Counted from the stretch's first letter, positions 22,958 through 35,153 are shown. The stretch: DNA of 64,000 bases from Podarcis liolepis (GCA_965112155.1 OZ218098.1), one strand, 5' to 3'. A program made the numbers and translations. The notes: generated by a model from the letters alone, not told the origin.

Positions 22958-24253
22958 GAATCTTGCAGGCACTTTCTCATGATGTAATGAACATTTTTCC
23001 TCTTGTGTCTCTCCCCCCCCCCCACTCCGCCTCGCTTTCCAAAAAATAAAAAAGGAGAAAAGTATATGCAACCTTCTTCCAATCAGGGGGATGCAAGCAA
23101 GAAAGCAGAAGTTATCTGTTGCTGCGCTGGAGAGTTGCGGTTAAGACGAGTTTCCTCTCTCAGCTTTCTCGTCTGGCGAGCGAAGCTACATAATCTTCGG
23201 CTTTCTTTTGCGCATTCCTACTTAAAAAAGCAAAATAGCAAAGGGTCCCCCTTACGTAAGGGCCACTGCCTACATTGTACTTGAATAAAAGAGATGGATG
23301 ATCAAAATGCAACCGGATAATGCATATGATGATTGCGGCGGAGTTGGGGGGGGGGCGGGGGAAATTCTGGGCTCTTTCGATAATTTCCGAAACTATGGGG
23401 GGGAGGGGATGCTACCGGTTTCAAAGTGCTTTTGGAGATGTTTAATATACGATACGTCTGTAGTCTGCTCCCTTTGTGTGTGTTTTAAGAGCGGGGGGGC
23501 GCTGAATAGCATCTGTATTTTTATAAGAAAAGACACTGCTCATTTAATGCTCCGGTTCTCCTTATTTTCCCACGCTAAACCGGGAGGGATCCTAAGCGCG
23601 TTAAAAGTTAACGCCGAGGCTCGTAGGTTAGGCAAGGTTTGTGGGCTTTGTATCGAACCCGAAGCTGGGAGAAATATTGGGCGATATCGCTTTAATTGAG
23701 GCTTCTGTGCTCTGATCATTAAATGGAAGCGCTGCGAATTCCTATCATTCCTGCCTGTGCCTAAGTTAACAAGCCCACATGGTTTCTCTTATCACCACCG
23801 CGCACCGTAATGTCTCTAAGACGAGGACCCGTCGGAACTGTGAAAGGGATTCACGTCAGCTCGCTGCTTTCACCGCAGGAGCTGCTGTTTTGAGAGCCTT
23901 GGAAAACTTTCCAACAATAGTTTTGTGTGGTTTTTTTAAGACTAAAGGGAAGGTCAGTTTTTTTGTTGCTAATGCTGTAATAGAGCCCGGTGCTTTGCTT
24001 ATGAGCAGTAAGCTTTATTATTTTTAAAATACAAGTTTTAGGATTTGGACTGGGAAGTAAACTGAACAACACAATTGTAGGGGCGTAGAAGAAGAGAATG
24101 TAATAATCTTCCCTGATACAGAAGGAGTCACTAAGAGTCTTCCTGCCGCTTTCATTGGCAAAGGAGCCCTATGCACATATTGTGCTGTACTCTCCCTGAC
24201 CAGTTTGCTAAGCGCTATTTACTTAATTGTGCTAGTGAATCAGAAAGGGAGTA

Positions 24254-24524
24254 CAGTAAATGCCAAGCCATACCTCGGGTTACAGATGCTTCAGGTTGCA
24301 TTTTTTTGGGTTACGGACCACGGGAACCTGGAAGTACCGGAACGGATTACTTCTGGGTTTTGGTGGTCGTGCATGCGCAGAAGCACTAAATCGTGTTTTG
24401 CGCATGCGCAGAAGCGCCGAATCGCAACCCGCGCATGCACAGACGTGCCACTGCAGGTTGCAAATGCTGCGGGTTGCAAATGTGCATCCCGTACGGATCA
24501 CTTTTGCAATCCGAGTGTCCACTG
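24254..24524. mobile_element. Tigger/pogo-like MITE with GCGCATGCGC repeats
   Basis: TA|CAGT...TACCTCGGGTT left end and ATCCGAGTGTCCACTG|TA right end. Confidence 0.75.
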
Positions 24525-25049
24525 TACAAGTCTTGTAGGCATACAATTGCATACAATATAGTGGGTTGTGTTTTTGCCATACATGGACAGGGAGTCTGGT
24601 GCCATTGAATCCAGATGTTGTTGGACTCCGATTCCCATCATTCCCTGATCCTTGGCCATTATGGGAATTGGCATACAGCAACATGCTGAGGGCCGCAGGG
24701 TCCCTCACAGCTGTTCTAAAGTACCCCAAAACCTGGGTTGGAGCAGCTTCAGTTCTCGGCGGCTCCCATTATGAACATTCTAGGGCATACTTAGGATCTA
24801 CTGCTGGGGAATACCTAGTCATTGAACTGGACTCAGATAAAATATATTTGGTAATACTATTTGTTACGGTTCCAAAATTATATTTTTCGCTAACATTGTA
24901 AGCTAAGCAATATTGTAAGCTGCTTTGCCAAGCCCCCCTTTTTTGCATTGAAAAGAAGGCAAAAATATCTAACTAAATATCTAAAAAATAGGTTTCCTTC
25001 CCCCGCCAGAAGAAGATGGCAATCCAGGGACAATTTCAGGTGCTGCAAT

Positions 25050-25232
25050 GGGAGTAGTCATAGTTCAGCAAGAGAGCACATGCTTTGCATGCCAAAGGTC
25101 TCGGTGGAATCCTTGGCCTCTCCAGTTAGAAAAGCAGGAGGTAAAGTATGTGAAAGACCTCTGCCAAAGATGCTGGAGAGCTGTTGCCAGTCAGAGTAGC
25201 AATACTTGGCCAGGTGGCCAAATAGTCTGACA
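25050..25232 (+). mobile_element. tRNA-derived squamate SINE (Squam3-like), old copy
   Basis: ATAGTTCAG..AGAGCACATGCTTTGCATG..AAGGTC head and CTGGAGAGCTGTTGCCAGTCAG body. Related pieces at about 53185-53285 and 63863-63935. Confidence 0.65.
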
Positions 25233-25400
25233 TTCCTGTGTTCCCTTACCATGCTTTTACAGTGCCCCTGAGCAGACCCCTGTACTTTTTGCCCAACTAA
25301 GTGAATTGCTGCCATTTTCTCCTTTACTGCTAGCATTCTCCCTTGGAGGCATGCCTACCTCCTTCCCTGGCACAGGTGGGCAGGAATCATAATGTTGTAT

Positions 25401-26116
25401 GATTTATAACGAAATGAAAAAGATATTTAAATATACTTTTTTGAAGAAACCGAGGCCTTTCTCCTGGGCATGGTTGGCCAATTGGTGTTAAAGAAAGATA
25501 GAACTTTTTTATGTATGCAACAACAGCAGCAAGAATACTTATCGCGAAGTATTGGAAGACACAAGATTTACCCACACAGGAAGAATGGCAGATGAAGTTG
25601 ATGGACTACATGGAATTGGCGGAAATGACTGGCAGAATCCGAGACCAGGGAGAAGAATCGGTGGAAGAAGATTGGAAAAAGTTTAAAGACTACTTACAGA
25701 AATACTGTAAAATTAATGAATGTTAGAAAAATGATGGAATGAAGTTATATGGCTTTAGTAGAAATGTTATAAGGAATTAGGTATAGATAGATTAATAGGG
25801 TATTAAAGGGAAAAATAAGGTTAGAATGTGTTAAGATAATTATAGGATAGAAAATAGAGGAAGATGGACAGGAATTGCTGAAACAATGAATAGAAGTGGA
25901 AGACAGAAAGGGAGGCGTGAGGAGGTCGTGGAAACATGTGAATGAAAGATAAGATATTGAAATTGGATTGTGTTTTGAATGGTTTTTGTTTTGTTAATTG
26001 TGTTAGTGTTGTGTAGTGTTTTTTGTACGGTACTGTATTGTTGTATTGTTTTTCTTTGGTTTTTTGTAGTGTTGTGTTTAAATTGTTGAAAATTAATAAA
26101 TATTATTTTTAAAAAA
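25401..26116 (+). mobile_element. 5'-truncated L1-clade LINE (ORF2 C-terminus, 3' UTR, short polyA)
   Basis: ORF MYATTAARILIAKYWK...WKKFKDYL is typical of an L1 ORF2 end. AATAAA at 26095-26100. Perfect 19-bp TSD AGGAATCATAATGTTGTAT at 25382-25400 and 26117-26135. Confidence 0.9.
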
Positions 26117-26484
26117 AGGAATCATAATGTTGTATCTTGGCTTGAATTCAACCAGCTCACCTACACCCACGGCCCCAAAGTGACACTTCAAATGGACATG
26201 CAGCTCAACATGGTTCTCTTCCCTCGTATTCCAAGAAAATTACTGTCATTAACACACACAGTTTTCTAGAGTTAGACCCTTGAGACAATCACAGTGCAAT
26301 CCTAAGCATATTTCCTCAGAACTAAGTCCCGTTGAGTTCAGTAGGACTTACTTCCTACAAGGTTTGCATTTGATTGCAGCCTCAATGCATTCAGAATCCT
26401 ATCCGGCACGGACCATGAAAACTCCATGGTTGTCCCCTGCTCCTTTTTCTGTCCTCTAAATGAAAGAGAGAATATTTAGAAGTC

Positions 26485-27030
26485 CCTTTATTTTAATTTC
26501 ATTAATTTTTCAAGAAAAATATGAGCATGAACATAAACAACAATACAATTGATTTCCCCCCTTCCTATCCCCCCCCAAACAGAAGACTAATGCATCAAAT
26601 TTCCCCATAAATGCATAGTTGACTGTTGCCAATCACAGGGTTTTCATTTGAATATTGTATAAAAGGGTGCCATAATCCAACAGGATTGTCCATATTGGAT
26701 ATGTCATTGAGGGCGTCGTCCGTGACAGGACCTTACGGTCAGGGGTACCTTTACCTTTTTACTCTGTTAGTTAGTATCTCAGATAAAGCAATTGTCCATA
26801 TCTTCTGTTTCCATTGTGTGATGTGCAAGTGATCAAGTCCTTTCTGGTTCTTTGCTATAAGTAATTGTGTCGCTACCAGAAGAAAAAATGGTGAGTTCCT
26901 TGCTGAATATCTTTGAAGATTGTTCACAAACCTAGGCATGGATTGCACTGCACATCCTGGTTTGTGATTTTGCTTTATTCTGTTTTGTAAATATCCCTTC
27001 CCAAAATGGTTGCACCCATTCACATGCCCA
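26485..27030 (-). mobile_element. Decayed L1-clade LINE 3' end
   Basis: Minus-strand peptides LLVATQLLIAK...QWKQKIWTIALSEILT and LWHPFIQY resemble the L1 ORF2 terminus; T-rich left edge. Confidence 0.65.
26712..26762 (+). mobile_element. About 50-bp Sauria SINE 3' tail nested in the L1 remnant
   Basis: GTCCGTGACAGGACCTTACGGTCAGGGGTACCTTTACCTTT matches the tail of the full-length copies in this window. Confidence 0.75.
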
Positions 27031-27797
27031 CCACATATGAAAAGTCTTGTACCTTCTGCTGAAGAAAGTCCCTTTATTGATCCATGTCACACTCAGGTAG
27101 GAAACCTGAACTCACCAGTAAAACACGCCAGTAGAGAGGAATAACAAGAACTCACTAAGTAACTGGCATTTAGAGGGAAAGACCAAAACCATCTTGATGA
27201 CGCATTGTAAATACTTCAGATAGCTGAGAAGAGTTGATCAGTCAAGCACCAGGTTGTGACTCAGCTGTTCCAGGACTTGATAACATCAGTATTTCTGAAA
27301 GGTTGGTGATTGTTTCTTTCCCCTCCCCCCAAGTTTGCAGTGTCAAGATAAAATGTGTGGATGCATATATGCAAATGTGCAAGCCTGCTAACGTGTCCCT
27401 GGGAGACGCCAGCTTTACTTTACTATTACTTGCAATTTATATATAGCATCTAATGACTGTTCATCAGTGTGCCAGGTGAGTTGTGGAGTTCAAACCTTCA
27501 CTCATTGCTTCGAACTGGGGGAGAGGAGGGCACACCCTTAGTGCTGTCGCAAGCACAAATAACCCCTGGAACTCTCAACAAAACATGTTTAAAACATCTC
27601 ACATTGCTACCTTGGTGCAACCTCCATCACAGGGTGGTTGGGAAGAGAAAGTGGGAAAGCTGCTTGTGTGTCATCCTGAGCAACTTGAGGAAGCATGGTG
27701 CAGACATTTTTATTTTACTAATTTATCGCATTTATGGACTGCTTTTCACCATAATGCCTTAAATACAGCTAATTCACACACTTATTTAGTATAAACA

Positions 27798-28046
27798 AAA
27801 TAAAAAAAATCCTTCCAGTAGCAGCTTAGAGACCAACTAAGTTTGTTATTGGTATGAGCTTTTGTGTGCATGCACACTTCCTACAGATACACCGAAACAG
27901 AAGTTACCAGACCCTTATATATAGTGAGAGGGTGGGGAGGGGTATTACTCAGAAGGGTGGTGGGAATGGGTGACTGGCTGATACGTGTGGTAAACCTGTT
28001 AACGACTGCAATTGGTCTTACAGGAAAAAGCAAGGGGTGAGATGGT
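27798..28046 (-). mobile_element. Penelope-like retroelement terminal fragment with a degenerate hammerhead motif
   Basis: AGTAGCAGCTTAGAGACCAACTAAG...GAGCTTTTGTGTGCATGCACACTTC resembles reptile Penelope-like ends. 16-bp flanking direct repeat TTATTTAGTATAAACA at 27782-27797 and 28047-28062. Confidence 0.7.
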
Positions 28047-28634
28047 TTATTTAGTATAAACATTAGAATGTAAGAAAAGCCTGCTGGATCAGGCCCACTA
28101 GTTCAGTATTCTGTCCCCACAATAGGCACAGAGCGCAAGTACATTTCCCCCTCCTGCAGTTTCCAGCAACTGGTGTTCAAAAGCATTACTGCCTCTGACC
28201 ATATTTGAATTGTGTGATTTGATTGCTCCATTTGCACGTGGGGCTAAATCAAACCATGACACAGTGCAAACATGGTGGCTCCTAGACATTGCATCCCCTT
28301 TGCTCCTCCCCTGGTCCTATTAGTTTAGCATAGCATGGCAGCTTAGCCCAGGTTTGGCACTGCATGTTGTCCAAACACAGGATCGTGGTTAAGCCCTCTT
28401 CTCCCCAGCCACAATTTGTAGCCAAGACTTGTTCTTGATTGTATTTGTATTTGCTTAATTATGATCCTGTTCAGACCAACGCTAAGCCAAATCCTGCATG
28501 ATGAAATCCTGCTACACAGAGCTAAAATGACTGAGGAGGAGCCAAGTGGGTGCAAAGTCCTCATGGGGAGTCAATACATTTGCTTGGTCCCTGCATAAAT
28601 CATATTGTGATGGGCAAGGAACAGGTGAGTAGCT

Positions 28635-28880
28635 TGCGGGTATTTCTGAATCTATTACTCAAGACTCAAGTGGCTGTGGTGGCATGAAGTATCTCCTATC
28701 AGCTTTGTCTATGCTTTGGTAACCTCTAGGTTACGCATTGCAGTGTTATACATGGGCTGCCTTTGCAGACTGCTCAGAAACTTCAGCTACTGCAGAATTC
28801 AGAGGCCAGGTTGCTCACTGGGGCAAGATGGGTCTGAGCACATAACACCAGTCCTGGCCTGACTGCATTGGTTACCAATT
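28635..28880 (+). mobile_element. L2-clade LINE ORF2 remnant
   Basis: Degenerate peptides KLQLLQN..ARLLTG..HITPVL..LHWLP. Confidence 0.7.
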
Positions 28881-28881
28881 C

Positions 28882-28883
28882 TG

Positions 28884-28922
<39 letters not shown>
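28882..28922. repeat. (GC)4(AC)n alternating purine-pyrimidine tract
   Basis: Read directly from the sequence. Confidence 0.95.
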
Positions 28923-28924
<2 letters not shown>

Positions 28925-29097
28925 ATCCCCATTTCTTACAATGTATTTAATGTAGGATTGCTCTCTCAATCACTGGCAAGGGTGAGGAAGAACTGTATTC
29001 TTCCTTTTAAAAAAAGGTAGCATTCTAAAGGCTTTTCAAAGAATCCTAACAACTCTGTGTGAACAAAAGAGCAATAAGGGGTCATTAATCAGAGTTA

Positions 29098-29446
29098 GGG
29101 ATGCGGGTGGCACTGTGGGTTAAACCACAGAGCCTAGGGCTTGCTGATCAGAAGGTCGGTGGTTCGAATCCCCGCAACGGGATGAGCTCCCATTGCTCGG
29201 TCCCAGCTCCTGCCAACCTAGCAGTTCGAAAGCACGTCAAAGTGCAAGTAGATAAATAGGTACCGCTCCAGCGGGAAGGTAAACGGTGTTTCCATGCGCT
29301 GCTCTGGTTTGCCAGAAGCGACTTAGTCATGCTGGCCACATAACCCGGAAGCTGTATGCCAGCTCCCTCGGCCAGTAAAGCGAGATGAGCACTTCAACCC
29401 CAGAGTTGACCGCGACTAGATCTAATGGTCAGGGGTCCCTTTACCT
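29098..29446 (+). mobile_element. Full-length Sauria SINE
   Basis: Head with B box GGTTCGAATCC and tail CCTTTACCTTT. TSD TTAATCAG(A/T)GTTA at 29085-29097 and 29447-29459. Confidence 0.93.
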
Positions 29447-32400
29447 TTAATCAGTGTTAAGTGAATCTGTGAATGCTTCCCAAAGTGAGATACATCTCAA
29501 AGCAGCTAAGGAATGGAGAGGTTGCTTTGGATAAATTCTATGCATAACTAATGTGCAACCAAATATTTGGCCTGAATTACAGAGTTGTCCTACCCTTGCT
29601 GTCCCCCAGTGAAATAAAATCTGCAGCAGAATATGGGGCAAGTAAAAATTCCCCTTCTCCCTCACCGCATCAGTATATGCGATTGAAAATGAAAACTTTA
29701 AATATGTATATGGTTGAAATACTACTGAATGGCCTATTTCACAGACTCATAGCGATGGAAAGGAGATAATCTGACTATAGTTCAATGCAGAAAATCAGAC
29801 ACAATATAACTTAGAGGTGGCCATTCGCGCTCTGCATAAAAACCTCTAGCAATGAGTTTCCACCAGTTTCTGAAGCAGTCTGCTTTTAACATTTAGTCAA
29901 AATCCTCTTGTTCATTGAACCCGTTCTTTTGGGTCCTAACCTCTGGAGCATCAGAAAGCAAATTTGCTCCACCATTTATGTGACACTGTGGTTTGTTATT
30001 GGAATATCCTTTTGAGGTTCACTAAACGGTACCTCAGACTGAGAACTCCATGGGTGATTGGGGATTTGAACCTAAAACTACCCAATATCCTCAAACTTGA
30101 TACTCAGAACAGTTCACCTACTACAGTACACTGGCTCTCAAGTACTTAAAAGAGAATAGCTGGAATGTGGCAGCTGTTTAATTGATTTTCTTTTTAAAAA
30201 AATAACAAAATCACTTTCGTGTGCTTGGTTTAGATCCTATTTTTGTATGTGGTAACAGACATTTTGCCACCAATATCAACCCAAGCAGAACTGGAGCCTC
30301 TCAGTAGGCACAACCTGTTACAGTATGATGTAGGGTCTTTTTCAAACTGAAATAAGGCAAGCCCAATTATTAATATAATTTAGCAAAGTACTGATCTGGG
30401 AGAAAGATCAGTGCCGACCAAGTCTTTGGGAAGCACTTTTCAACTTAAATGCCAGTGTGAGTTCCATTGATTTCAATAGGATTTAGTTTTTTCCCTAACA
30501 TTCTCCAGATTGCCCCCAAGACCTTAACTGAGTTTGTTCCATAGTGCCTCCTTTATTGATTCACTCCCGCCTTCCCCATAATCTCATCTTTATGACGGGG
30601 TGGCTTTTTTTTTTATCCCCCTATTCTTTGTGAAGAAGTGATGCAAAAGTATAATTTTCACCGGAAGATTATGAACATTTGCAAGTCTAATCGAAATGTC
30701 TTTCTTTTCTTTTATCGCACCTCCGTAGTCTTGGCTGCATATTGGTTTTCAAATTTTCCCTCTTAATTTTCATCTGGCATTTAGCCAGCTGCAATTTACT
30801 CTGCTTTTTTATTGCTTTTACTAGACTTGGATTTCCTTTATTTTCTTTTTTTAAAAAAGGCACTTGGGTGGCTTGGTTAACCTTTTGAATGTTGTCATTT
30901 AAATAGACTAGCCTGAGTGGAGATGAAGGAAGGCCAAAGAGGAACAATAGTCACTTTCTGTGAAGGGCTTTAGCATATGAATGCTTCAAAAGACAGACAT
31001 GCAGTTATAGGAGAAGGGCACTTGGACATCACTGCAGAGTCATTAATTGCATTGTGATTCCAGAATGTAAATAACAACAAATGTAGGCCAGGATGTTAAT
31101 AGTTAAAGTGACTCAGCACAAGGACACTGGACTGGAGAGTACCTTGGGTTTTGTTATCTTCTGAAGAACACTTAAAACTCACTTTTCTTTGAATGAAGAA
31201 AGGGAACTTTTGGCTTCATCTATGTTGATAAGGTCTTCTTAGGCTATGACGAGAGACATGAAGAAAAAATTGACCCAAATAGTTTAAAGAAAAATCAGCT
31301 TTTTAATTTGATTGATTGACTGTATGTAAAACAAGACACGACCAATTTTTAATTTGAGCGGCGTTTCCTAGAATATGCCAGTTTCCTTTGAACGCATGCA
31401 TGTTTTTCCTGTATATTTGAATACTCTTTGACTAGCAGCGCAATTCTACTCAAGCTTAGCGGGACTTGTAAATGTATATAAGATCACAGCTTTCAAGATA
31501 TACAGACCTGGTCAGCAATCACCATTTAACTTTGTCATAAGCAGAATTATACAGTGGGAAGGAACCCTAAAGGGTCATGTGGTCTAAGCCCCTGCTAATG
31601 CAGGGAATTAACTACTACAACATCCCTGACTGGTAGCCGGCCAGCCACTGCTTTGAAATCTCTAACCGCCTTTCTCAGTCCGCCTGATCTCCTGAGAAAA
31701 TGATCTGGAGCTAACTGGTTTGGGGGACTTTCTGGGAGGTGAGAATGATAGCTACCTATTTATTGTGGCTGAGCCATAGATTGAGGAGCTCCCCTACAGT
31801 AGCAACAGATTTGTTTCTAGGTACCCTTTCCCATAACTTTAGCACTATGCTTTTCTCTGCTTTGTTTAGAAGTCCTGTGCTGCGAATCTGTTAGGATCAC
31901 CACCAGAAAACAAGCCACCGAAACCTTAGACCAGATCCAACCCAATGTGGCTCATGAGTTCAAAGGCCCACTCAGCCATGAAACATACTGGTGGCTATAG
32001 GCCAGTCACCATCTTTCATGGTGTATTTGTATGAATAAAATGGGCAGAGGCACAACCATGTGTCTTGCCCTGAGTTGCTTGGAGGAAGGGCAGGATAAAA
32101 ATGTAATATAGTAATTATGTGTAAACAGCTGTAATAAAGTATCTGGAGTGGGGGGAGAGTTTAAAAGTTTGTTTATACTGTATAAACTTAACAATCAATG
32201 CATAGCTAATTTCCAGATCTGTAAGTCTTGCACTGGGTTGAGAAAACATTTCCTCCCAAAATAAAATACATTGGGAAGAAAGTGGCGCAGTCTCTCTTTT
32301 TCTGAACTGTAGCTTGTTTTCTCCTGGGTGCTTTTACACGCTGGTATTACTGTTGTCTATTGCATATTTTCAATTGCTGACCGTGCCTAATTTGAAGGCA

Positions 32401-33075
32401 GTCAAGAGACAGAGTTTGTTGTGATGTGGCTTGGACTCCATCATTGCTGCAGTCTGGGCCAGAGGTTTCTCATAACTCCTGTTTACCGGAATTGTTTTGG
32501 GTCAGTTTCAGGTTTTGTTGCCTGAGAGGATGCAGACAGGATCCTTGGACAAGTGTGTCTGATAACCTGCCAAGTTACAGCCCCTGCAGAGGTATTCACC
32601 TACTTTTATAGCATGGATTATCAACACTGTGTGTTTACAGGATCCACCCTATTCCCAGGACTGTAATTTGCTTTAACCATTTCTAATACTGGATTTTAAA
32701 TTGTTGTAACATGTGGACTTTGTGGGGCTATTCTTGAGGATTCTAAACTTACTGCATTTCTTGATGCTACTGATTTGATTGTTATCAAGCGATGAAGATC
32801 ACTGATATGCTTTGGCACTTTGGTTTCCAGGCAAAATCCAAGATGCTAGTTTTTCTAGGGATAGCCTGAACCAGCCATGCATCTTCCCATTTGACACCCT
32901 TCACCAACCCCCTGTATGGTAAGGTATTTCAATGAAGCATTGCTCTTAGCCTTTTCTGTTCCACTCTTGCAATTGTGAAACTTGCTTCCTGGGTTTACTT
33001 GCTAGTGTATGCCGCCTTTAGCTGTTAGAATGGAAAGTTAAACATGGTTTTGCAAAGTATTTCCTTTACTTCTCT

Positions 33076-33133
33076 TAGTCTGTCTATTAGCTGATCTATA
33101 TACCTAGTCTGTCTATTAGCTGATCTATATACC
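33076..33133. repeat. Perfect 29-bp tandem duplication
   Basis: TAGTCTGTCTATTAGCTGATCTATATACC x2. Confidence 0.95.
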
Positions 33134-34479
33134 ACCTTTTAAAGTGTGGTTGCTCCTTCAAAGTGGAGTACCAGATTTTGTAAGATACAGTAATGAGAAA
33201 ACATAATCAAATTAGAAGCAATTACTAAAGTTACCAACATTAGCAGCAACACCTTTTACCATTAGAAGCTATTCTGGTTAGTGTTTTTTTGTATTGGTTG
33301 TACAGATGTTTGTTTTCTTATTTAAATATTTTATTATAATATTTTAATGATTGTTCCACTAACCTACTATGAGCTTCAGTTGGAAAAGCAAGACATACAT
33401 TTTAAATAGATATGTTTTTTAACAAAAGAAGAAACAGTGGCCATATCTGTGGAAGAAACTTTGAATGTGCCAGTAGACAAACATTGTTCCCCTCCCTCCA
33501 TCCCAGGTACAAACAAAATCCCATGTACGCTATAGGCATAGAACATCATCTAGGTTCACAATCATCAGATCTGTGTCTCAGTGCCTGGCTGGGAGACCTC
33601 CTGGGAACCATGGATGGTGCCTTTGCACTAGCAGAAAGTGCTTCGACTCATGTAAGGCAAGGCATCCCATTTTTGCTGAGCTCTCCTACCTATTTTTGTG
33701 TACCCAATTTGTGTGTGCTGGTGAACCCTCTGGAAGGTGGCACAGAGTACTGCAGTTGGTGGTGGGCATGGGGCTTTGAAAATTCAGTGCTTTGACTTGG
33801 ACGAGAGGAAGTGCATTCTGCAGGTGCAAAGCCAACACTGGGTACATCAACATGCCTTGAATTCTGTCAATGAAGGTGGGATATTAATGCAATAATTTGA
33901 AAGACCTTCCCAATAAAACAGGTAAAGATAAAATACAGTTCTTGTGAAGGTTAGAACCATTTCCATCTAAACTGTCCTTAATACATTCCAGATTGCTGTT
34001 TACTTTGAGGTTTTCAATAGAGTCCTCGAAGATGTGCCTTGTTCCCCAATCTGGGGAGTTTTACCTGTTCATTTGCCCATGGAAATATAGTTTGTGACAG
34101 CAGGGAATGCAAGGTATGATAATGGCCTCCTATTTAGCCCAAATGAATTTCTTTTGTTGGGTAATCTTCACTTGGGAAGGTGGGGCCTTTTTTTTTTTTT
34201 TTTTTGCTTGCTTGCTTAGCACTTACCAGTGAATTAAATGAACAAAAGATTAGGGATACAAAGGAAAGGAAAGGCAGGAATATTTATGTTAATGGGGGGG
34301 GGGAATGAGAGTACCAGTTTTCAATAGCATCTACATTACACCATATTTTGGTTAACAAGGTTTATATGGGAAACTCACATACGGACCATTTATATGTCAC
34401 CCTTTTTTTATTTGATCAACAAAACAGGGTACCAAATTATACATATTCTTCTTCTTCAGAATTGAAAAAATAGAGTTTC

Positions 34480-35145
34480 CTTGGTATTTGACCCTTGCTA
34501 AATTAGCAAAAATGTAAAGAATGAGCACAAAAACTTGCTGGAAATGTAAAGAAAAAGAAGGTACATTTTATCATATGTGGTGGATATGTAAAGTAATTAA
34601 TTTTTTTGGGGGGGGGTTGATATATAATGAAATGAAAAAAATGTTTAAAATAACTTTTGTTTAAAAACCAGAAGCTTTCTTATTAGGAATTATAGGTACC
34701 GAGATTCCAAAGGACCAGAAAAGATTGTTCATGTATGCGACAGCAGCTACACGGATACTACTAGCCCAGAGATGGAAGGAAGAAACCGCCCCGACCAGAG
34801 AATAATGGCAAACCAAGATGATGGACTATGTCAAAATGGCAAAATTACATGGGAAGCTTAGAAATCCAGAAGACATGAACTTTGAAAGAAAATGGGAAAA
34901 GTTTGTGATTTATTTACAAGACCACTGCAAGCAGGTTAAAACACTGGCAGGATATTAACCACACTTGTAAAGTAACAGAAAGTATGGATAATTTAGAAGG
35001 ATAAGAATTTGGATAAATATTGATATGCAGGTGTAAATATTATCATCAGGACCCCTGGAAGGGACGGGGGAAGTCAGGAGATTCAGAATAATCTTGATAT
35101 TTGGATTTTGAATTGTTGTTTGTAATGTGCTTATACTATTTAAAA
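34480..35145 (+). mobile_element. Decayed L1-clade LINE 3' portion including the CCHC zinc knuckle
   Basis: Translates as [18 protein letters not shown] then MYATAATRILLAQRWK...WEKFVIYL with stops and frameshifts; homologous to the 25401 element. Confidence 0.85.
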
Positions 35146-35153
35146 TCATATAT

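Larger units (their letters stand above)
16400..24500. other. CpG-rich domain over CCND1 intron 1, exon 1 and about 6 kb upstream (patchy CpG island)
   Basis: CG dinucleotides are visibly frequent here (GCGCGCGCG, CCGCGG, CGCCGCCG) against CpG-depleted flanks. Boundaries set by eye. Confidence 0.75.

Noticed and set aside
25511-25726. 71-aa protein-like ORF as a possible novel small gene
   Set aside because: It is the ORF2 C-terminus of a TSD-flanked L1-clade insertion.
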